Shown in pieces: positions 55,619 through 64,000 of a stretch of DNA of 64,000 nt; position 1 is the first letter of the stretch, and each line of letters starts with the position of its first letter. The notes beneath the pieces are model-generated. The model was not told where the DNA came from. It was given only the letters and a program-made list of their open reading frames with translations, and did not search any database. The position numbers and the translations under genes were made by a program. This DNA comes from Yuukianura sp. NJ FZ-2021. Lineage: Eukaryota. The stretch spans positions 1,426,001 through 1,490,000 of the forward strand of contig CM102290.1 of the NCBI GenBank assembly GCA_046563655.1. The letters are read 5' to 3'.

Positions 55619-58600
55619 TCATAAGTAGAACAGAGGTGTGAAGTCCATAAATGTAATAGGCAGTGAACCTGGCACTAGTAGTACCACCGCCATGAGGAAG
55701 AAAGGACGTTGACCCCAGGTCAGCGAAGCAGTTGACCTCGTGCTTGGAATCTTGTTTTCAACTACTTCTGCTAGTTTGAGAATGGAAAGAAGCGGATGCG
55801 TCTGGATGACGGGCCGTTTCTCGTTGATGAGATTCGCAAGGGCTTGGAGGACAGGACCACACTTGCGCTAAAGCAAATACAAACATTAATTAAGACGTTT
55901 TCTCACCTTAAAGCTAAATTCGATTTCTCAACTGCAACTCTTTTCTGAAATCGCGGAACGTAAAGAGCGCATGGACTCTGGCACGCATTTGTGTGCGCTA
56001 AGTATTAAGTGAGACTCAAGGGTGGCAGAGACAAGTGGGTCATTAGTGCAGTTTTCGAGGCCCTGAAGCGGTGTTGGAGGATCCGGAAGGTCCTAAGGTA
56101 TTTATGGGAGTGCGGGTAGTGTAAGTTTAGTAAGCTCACTCCACTTTGTCATCTCTAGTGTCAATAAAAGTCATCTCATCTGACAGTTCACTCGGGCTCA
56201 CAACCATTTCCCTTCTTCCTTGATTTGAAGCGATCTGAAACAGCCGTTGCTCCTCCACTTCCAGCCTTAAACCACTCCACAGTTCCCCTTTCTTTTGCCA
56301 ACTCAGCTTTTCTGGAGAATTCCAGCGTTCTTCCAGCCCAGTCCAACGGATCTTTTTGGTTTGTGGAAGTGGTGGTGGTTGGGGATGATAATGGTTTCCA
56401 ATGCCCTCCACTTTCACTATGCACTTTCTCTCTCCATCCTCCAAGTCGCTCCGGAACGTGTCAAGTCATTTTGTCGTTCCATCCAGAACCGAGGCATAAT
56501 CGTTCCAAATGACGGAACAACCTCATTCATGTCATACTCTCCAACCTAATAATCTATTCCACCTCATGTTTAATTCCTTGACTCTTTCACTTACAAAAAT
56601 ATGCATCTCTACGTCGCGCAAAACAAAGATCTCAGTGTGGAATTCAAAAACTAGGGAAAGTGAACATGACTTCCACAATTTCCTCCTGTTGGAGAATGTT
56701 AGAATTTCATAAGGGGGTGAATCCAAATTCCACCAAATGGAGCTAATTTTTTTTAAACCAGAAGAAAAGATAGCTAAAAACGATTGAGTGCTTACCTTTT
56801 CCTCAATGAGAAGTTCGTCGCTGGGATGTCGGAGAGTGAAGTTTCCAAATTCTTCGTCTGCAATCATGGCATTGACGATGAGGTTCTCATCTTCCTCTTT
56901 GAAAAGACCAAGGTGACACTCGGACTACAAAAATAAGAAATAAAAAGTACGTAAAGCTTTGAAAAAAAAATCCCCCCAGCATTTTTTTCCTGATTTTTTC
57001 TTTCTTTTAACGGATTAAAAATATTTTTCTGAATTGAACAGAAAATTGTTTTAAACGAGTGCAAATTGCAGGCCGACCTTAAACAAAAGTTTAACATCTA
57101 CAAATTTTTCGCAAGTTCGGAATAGTACAAGAACAGAAATTAGGGGAAGCTGTGGATTCCACACATATTGGCCAATTTTAAGTCGTAAATCTTGCTTACC
57201 GTATTTACTTCCCTAAGAGCCTCGATCCCTGACCCCTCGTCTGCTGGGTTGGCAAACTGATGTTGTAAATCAGGATTGATGAGATTTCGGAGTGTCTCAA
57301 TTATCTTGCCCGGTTCTACATTCGTATGAGAACGCATCACTTCTTGGTCAACTTTGGAGAAACCAATGAACAGAAAGACGCCGCGATTCAAATTGTACTT
57401 TTCTAAAAAACGTCCACAAAAAAAAAGAAATTGAATTAGAATCCCTGGTGACCAGTGACCGGAAAATTTGAATTTAGCAACCGAACAAAATTGATTTGTG
57501 ATTTGCAACTGATTTGTGGTTTATAATGAAATTTGCTCATCATTTCGGATTTAACCGATGCTTAAGCTTTGAATGAAAATTTGTTACTTAACTTCTACTA
57601 AATGAACACGTAAGTTACCTTGAAGTGGTTTGACACAAACAAAACTGCCGGCATAACAGACGCATTTCCCACGGTTTGCCTGGTAGGAAGGAGCTCCATG
57701 ACTGTACATGATGGTCTTATTGTCTCGCTGCTTCTGACTGCAGGATAGGGACTTGGTAGAATCCAGACAGGCGATCACTGTGCAGGAAGCGGAGGACAAG
57801 AAACTTGAACAAGTGCAGTACTCTGAGCAAGTTGGACGATCATCCCGGTAGAACTGTAAAGGTCAAGGTCAACACTCAGTCAGTTTCTATTTGAGGTCAA
57901 ACCGTGTTAAAGCTTACCCGTTTGGACATTCCCTCTAAGATTTGCTGAGTTACTTGATTAGGGCGTTGTACTATGCAATATTCTGTAACAAAATATGGAT
58001 CCATACAGCATAAAGATACTAAAAATTACACACCATAGAATCATTTTTGAAACCAAAACTCGAAGGCATACTTTGCGGCGGTGTTGTAGAAGTTGACGTC
58101 TTGGTAGGTGTTGAGTGAGCAGTGGTTGTTTCCTCTGCACTTCCAGCCGCTTGCTGACGACTCTGGGTGGGTGTGGTGGTGGTAGTATTCAAAATAGTTT
58201 CTGGACCGTAGACAACAATGGGGTTGGTTGGAGAGTGTCTGGATGCGGGGGGCGTCTTGGGGTTGTTGGGCAGCGGAAGATGGCTCGTACTGGTCGTTGT
58301 TTTTTCTGAAGTGACCTCTGACCTGGAGTCAATGGCAATGGGGCCAGGAAGGCCTAGGGTTGTAGACAGGACATCCGTCCCTATGATGACCCCTTCTTGG
58401 GAGTAGGACTCTGGTTCAGTGGGAACATGACTGAGGACAATAGTCGTTCCAGGCCCCCTGTTGGGCTGAAGTGACGTGACAGTAGACGTTGAGCGGGATC
58501 GGTGGTAATCCTTCTGGGACTCCACTGGGAACCATCAAAAGATGACACATGAGGATTAGAGCAATCACAACAGCTCGGAAGCGCTTATGATTTAGAGGGT

Positions 58601-61600
58601 ACCAAGGATTCTTTGTTTAATAAACAAAATGGATCCATTAGAGTCTCAGGAACTGCCCAGAATCTCATTTCCAGGCGACATGACACTTACATCGACTCAC
58701 TTTTGTCACCCAAGTTTAGAGATTGAAGAATGAAGTCTTTTCTAACCTGATCTTCTAGTGTCGCTCTACATGTCAGTTTCACACGGATCCCAATTTGCTT
58801 AACGTAGTACACGCTAAAATGTACTCTAACGCTAATTTCTTGTAATTAGTACCAGAATGCTTCGAAATCTTGCTCGGGCGTCGCTCCAGACCCGTTCTGC
58901 CGTCCTATTTACAATTAAGTCTTTTCGTCCTACGACTTCTTAAAATCAACCCGCGTCATGCCCCACTATAATCGGTAAGTACATATGCAGAAGCGGACTC
59001 ACATCACCGCATTAGTATTACAATAGAAGAAATTAAAACCTGAGAAATTTGAAAACTTCGCTCAAAGTCAATCGACTACCTACATACTGCACAGTAAATT
59101 TTCCACTTCACTTTTCAAAACGTATAAAATCCAAACCAACTGTGTAAAAATTACTGTGGTTTAGAGTTTTAGAAGGAAAGAAAGGAAAAGCATGGTGTCT
59201 GGTGACATGGTAGAGAACAATAAATTTCTTCGACCCTTGTCAACTGCGTAGGCCTTTACAAACCTTTCCTTTTCTTTTCTTCAACTTTCTCCGCTTTTCT
59301 TCATCGTCATTAACCTATGAACAATTCTTTCCAAATTCCGAGCACAACCTTTGAACTTGCACGGAATTCAACTTCAACACTCCTCTTCCGTCTACACCTC
59401 CTATGACCTTTGGAATTGAGAAAAAAAGTGAACTTACGGACACAAGGATTGACCCAGAGGATTCGTTGCCATCCCAGACAGTCATACAGTTGATTGTAGT
59501 CAGTTCCGTTGCATGCACAGGACTTTTTGAGAACTGTGCCCAGGATTCCCACGGTGGCATTTCGACAGTGAGATGTTGGGCCAGCACACTTCCTTGTAAC
59601 ACTATCCACGGCACATGCTTTTTCGTATACTTCAAGTCGACTCCTGTAAACAAACAATTCTGTTTCAAAAATTTGGCAATAGAAACAAAAAATCTTTCAA
59701 AATGGGTGACCTACGACATTTGCAGTTTCCAGAATTACAACTTACTTGCACTCGGGTTCTTCTCGACAGCTAGCCGCCAAGGAGTGACACGACGGTGGAC
59801 TGATGCCGAGGTCACCCCGCTGAGCACAGACGGGATGCAGTAAGCCCTGAGCATGCAGACACTCTTGATCAATTCGATGATCAGACCGCCTACAAATTCA
59901 AAACAATCAAAAATAACATTTGTTTCCGACTTCAAATTAACTTTCAATCAACCTCTTAAAACAAAAGAAAGGAAGGAAACACTTAGTTTTGAAAAACACT
60001 TTCTATCCAGTGTTTAAAACAAGAACAAAAAAAAATTGAAAAGAGCAGAAAAAGTTTACACGTCCTTTACCCCTCTCATCCCCTCCCAAATGTCAATTCA
60101 TTTCCCATTGTTTTTTGCATTTATTGGAACCATTAAAAAGAACTGGGGAAACAGAAAGTAATCACGCCATCGGAAACTCCCTTCAAACACAAGAAAACAC
60201 AAAAGTTAGCAGTTCCTGCTCCTTCCAAAACAAACTTTATTAAAGTCCTAACAGTTTTGTATCGATTTTCCTTTTTGAGAAGATTTGAAGTTGCCGCCGT
60301 GCCTTCTAGCGTGACCTTTCAATGACCCCTTAATTTTTTTTTTGTTCGACAGAGAGATCCGGGTACCTCCTTAAAATTATGCGCACAGCGCGGTGGAGAG
60401 AAGCTCGAAAGCTCCAAATCCCTCAACACCGCCCTGAACGTTATGGTTGATGAAATGAGCGATGAGGTTAAGGTAATATGTGCGGAAAAAGCTTCCTTTG
60501 AACTTGATGAAGATGAGCTGTATATTGTTCCAGCTTCTTCTTCTTTTCTTCTTTCTTAGAATTTTGTTTAAAAAAGAACAACGAGGAAGCGCTGAAGATT
60601 AAACGCCTCAACCGAGAGCTCTGCTGAGAAAAATTAACATTTCCGACAAATTCAACGTTCATTTTTGTTCTGTCTTATTTTGCAGACGATGAGAGTAGGA
60701 TGGGGAGTCGTAAATAAAGTTTGTAGGTCTCTCTCTCTCCCTAACACCTTGATGTGTTCTATTCTTCCTAATTAAAACTTTCACACCTCTCTTTCATCAA
60801 GTTTATGAAAAACAAAGGGAATAAATTTCCAACACTTTCCCTCTAGGAACAAAGTTTAGACAACGCTTCAATTTCCGCAACAAGGACAAACGGCCTTTGC
60901 CTCAACCAAAACTCTACAAAAGGCACAAAAGAAACCTAATTTTTTTGTTTAAAATATTCTAGTCCTTTGGTAAAATCATTTTCAACCATTTCCACCATAA
61001 TTTAATATTTACCCTAACATTTGTATTTTTCAGCCTAACTTGACTTACTTACAGCCTAAACCTAGTCTTTGCATAATCCAAGTCAAATTTATTTCTTAGA
61101 ATCCTTGGCTCTGGAAGAGGTATCAGACAATATAAAGTATTAGGAGAAAGTGGCTTTCTCTTTTCCATTTGAAGTTGGACTTGAAGAAAGTGACGAAGTT
61201 TGGTGAACTCATAAATCCAAGTTTCTTTTTTTCTCCCACATACGCGTTTTTCTGGACGGGCACTTCCGAGCCCTTCTTTTTTTTATATTCGTTCTTTTAA
61301 AACACATTTAAAGTTTGGTGGGCTTTTTTAGAACTCGAGAGACGCCACTTACGACTTTCCCTTTCCTTTTTGCCTTGGCCCAACAAAACTCAAAAGTCTT
61401 TTTATACAATAGGGAAAGTTAGTGATACGAACCTAACTGAGTTAGATCTCTTTCTCTCCGACTTTAGGCTTCAGCATGCATGAAATCTAGATTTTTTTTT
61501 GTGGAAAAAGCTGTACAAACACGAGTCAAGGACTGGAAAGTGGGCTGAATCGTCTTCAGGCCTAAATGAAGTCTAGAATCTGCGGATTTGTGTAAATAGG

Positions 61601-63867
61601 TTTAATTTTTTGTCGTTTTTCAAGGTTAAACAATAAGGTTGGTAGTTTTCGCTTTTACTAAAGGTAAATTCAACCTAGGTTTCCAGCCAATTACACTACC
61701 TGTGGAAGAGCAACGCCACAAATTGCACAAATCTTTAGCACTGACAGCGTTCCTGATACTATCTATATGTCTTCTACAATCGCTGGTGGCTTACTTAGTA
61801 TAGGTTATAGGTGGACTAAGAATAGAAAAACCATACACAGTTGTGGTGCGTAGCGACAGTGTGAGGTACAAACCTAGATCTGAGCGTGTATTCCTTGCAA
61901 AATGAAACAGGCTGTGCGTTTTCAGGTGTTTTCAGGACGTGTGCGTAATGTCGCCACAATTTTGCACTTAATAGAATTGACGGACAGATACACTGAAAAC
62001 CCATCCTCTCACCCTGTCACTTTTCTCTTGGAAACTTTACAAGCTCTAGGCAACAACCAAGGTCTCGTCCATCCCTGAAGCCCCCAGTTACGCTTTGGCG
62101 GTGGAACTTTGAGTTATCTTATTGTTACTCCATCGGAGAAAGCATAGAAAGCCAGTCTTAAGCCAAGAAGAAAGGATCATAATGAATGCATTTCACGTGG
62201 TTCAGGACAAAACAGACTGCTTCAACGTACTAGCAGTAGATTCACAGTCACGCACCTGAGAAAGGATAGGGAATTAAAGACAGTGGGCGAAGAGGGAATG
62301 AAGATAATTCATTGGCCAATACGGTATTCCAAGCAGCTCCTTTCACCAACTCTCTTAAGCCTAAACCCCCTACGACACAGAACAAAAGAGAAATCAGTAA
62401 GGAAGATACATCTTCTCTAGAGAAAAGGTCAACTGCTCAACAACGCCCCCTGAACGGATAAATTTTAAAAATTATCTCAAAGATGCAAGCGGCTGCTCCG
62501 GAAATGCTTGGAATTCTAACGTGTTTCTGCTTAATCTTATAGATTTAGCATTTTCAAATCCGAAAACTGTGAAGCGTAAATGAAGTTTTGCACTAATTTT
62601 CAACAAACATAAAATTGTCGTCATTTTTCTCAGAAAATGAAGCGATGGGGCTCTGAATTTTCCTATCGGTGTCTGGAGAACTATTATCAAGTCCACCCTT
62701 CTGCCATACTCTTTGTCCTGCTGGAAGACAGATGAGAATTGGTTTGAATCGCCTTGAAAATCCAATCCGGTTCTAAAATATTGTATTATCCAGGAAGATG
62801 TGTTTGCCTCGAGTCAAGTACTTTGTGGAGGGAAGACAATCAGAAATTCATCAGGTTCCCCTCTGACATGTTTCAAGTGGAACTCTAAACTACCCGCCCT
62901 CAACTTTCCCTTTGTTGTTGCACTTCTCAAACGTCTCATTCAACCACTTCCCTCTCTCAATTCAAATGAATTCAAACAAGCTTGAATTCAAACAAGCTCA
63001 ATTACTCTGACTTTCTTAGCAGGTTCACTAACTCATCCATTTCCAGACTTTTGGATCGCAGGGACAAGTCAGATCAGTTGGTTTGTTCTCAAAGGAGAAA
63101 GTGGTGGTTGTAATGAATTCGAGGAGGTCGGAGTCTTTGATTCGGGGATTGAAGAAGAAAGGAGGAACTCAGGATTCTGGAAGCAGAGGAGTAGAGACAA
63201 TAGAAGTGTAAATAAGGACCAAAGGGAACGTGACAGGAAGTCTCTGTTGCCTTCTGATCCAAAATGGAGCGTGAAGATTTAAGGGCCGAGTGCCTTGAGA
63301 TCCCTTGGCTCGTAGGCCTTTCTCCCGACGGCGGCTGAGGGTGGGTCTGGGAAACTTCAAAGTGTTGTCGACCAACGTTGGAATAAATTGTTTTGACTTA
63401 ATTTATAGTGAGGGCTGTTGGGCGAGGTTAGTGGGGCGAGGAGGGGAAAGAAACAATCTGTTTCAACGCGAGCATCACTGCCCCATTGATTTCAGCCCAA
63501 CAGCCAAACTGGTTCCAGGCACGTTGGCAGCGAAGCGACATGACTATGTACTTTCTCCATGCGAAAACACAGTTTCCTTGGGAGTGATCATGGCGGAACT
63601 GGGCGGGAGAATTAAAGTTCTTAAGAGTCACAACTTACCTGCAGAGACAAAAGGCAACTTCGATGGCATGATTCTCCTGGACTGTACGGTAGAACTCCCG
63701 CAGCGCTCTCATGCAAGTCTCCTGTCGACATCGCGACGGGTCGCACCAACTGAGAATGCTCTGCAAAAGTTTGGAACAGGCAGCAGACTTGCGACAGTTT
63801 TGAAGAGCAGTGTAGCACGTCGTCTGAAGTGGGATCTTCACTTGATGGCGCTCAGTAGCTCCGCCTC
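55619..63867 (-). CDS. Gfrl: GDNF family receptor alpha-like protein (3' part; 5' exons lie beyond the window)
   Basis: Exons at about 63867-63639, 59889-59746, 59643-59438, 58524-58072, 57984-57918, 57853-57619, 57402-57200, 56924-56796 and 55867-55619. GDNF/GAS1 cysteine domains (CYTALQNCRKSAAC..C..C..CMRALREFY..AFCLC; CHSLAASCREEPECKSRLEVYEKAC..CAG..CRNATVGILGT..CAC..CLGWQRILWVNPCV), a Ser/Thr/Pro mucin stalk, and a hydrophobic GPI-signal-like C-terminus. Confidence 0.88.
62967..62998. repeat. 16-bp tandem duplication in a Gfrl intron
   Basis: TGAATTCAAACAAGCT x2. Confidence 0.8.
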
Positions 63868-64000
63868 CTAAAAGATGCACCCAAAATCAATTTGTCAACC
63901 TCAATACGCACATCTTTATCTTTGGAAGCTTGTGAATACACGCCATACTTTCACCTACGACCTCAGCCTATATTCTGCTACCCTAAACTAATAAATCATG

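Noticed and set aside
56136..56549. Overlapping ORFs in the last Gfrl intron as an alternative exon
   Set aside because: The flanking exons join in phase 0 directly, and there are no convincing splice sites or protein-like features.
63305..63871. 188-aa plus-strand ORF
   Set aside because: Antisense shadow of a GC-rich Gfrl exon.

Overview
Eukaryotic, AT-rich, intron-dense genomic DNA from an arthropod. The gene content and short introns would fit a non-insect hexapod such as a springtail, but this cannot be established from the sequence. I assembled spliced gene models by hand from splice signals and frame continuity. In order along the window they are: the 3' end of an unidentified gene (+), a Spaetzle-family cystine-knot cytokine (-), Rap1 GTPase (+), a 902-aa unrecognised helical protein (-), a divergent NDC1-like nucleoporin (+), GINS3/Psf3 (+), TRMT13 (+), a ~70-exon large lipid transfer protein gene of Apoltp/apolipophorin type spanning 30 kb (-), and the 3' part of a GFRalpha-like (Gfrl) gene (-). 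Four short foldback/MITE elements sit in introns and promoters. Two are related TA-flanked CAG-ended elements, and two start with GGTT, one of them with a perfect 8-bp target-site duplication just upstream of TRMT13. The most notable oddities are an apparently non-canonical first intron in TRMT13, a stop-free in-frame GC-AG intron in Apoltp, a RECK-like C-terminal module on Gfrl, an N-terminally shortened NDC1, and a recurrent non-coding GWGAAAG motif. I found no rRNA, tRNA, CRISPR array or autonomous transposon, and no convincing wholly new biological system.
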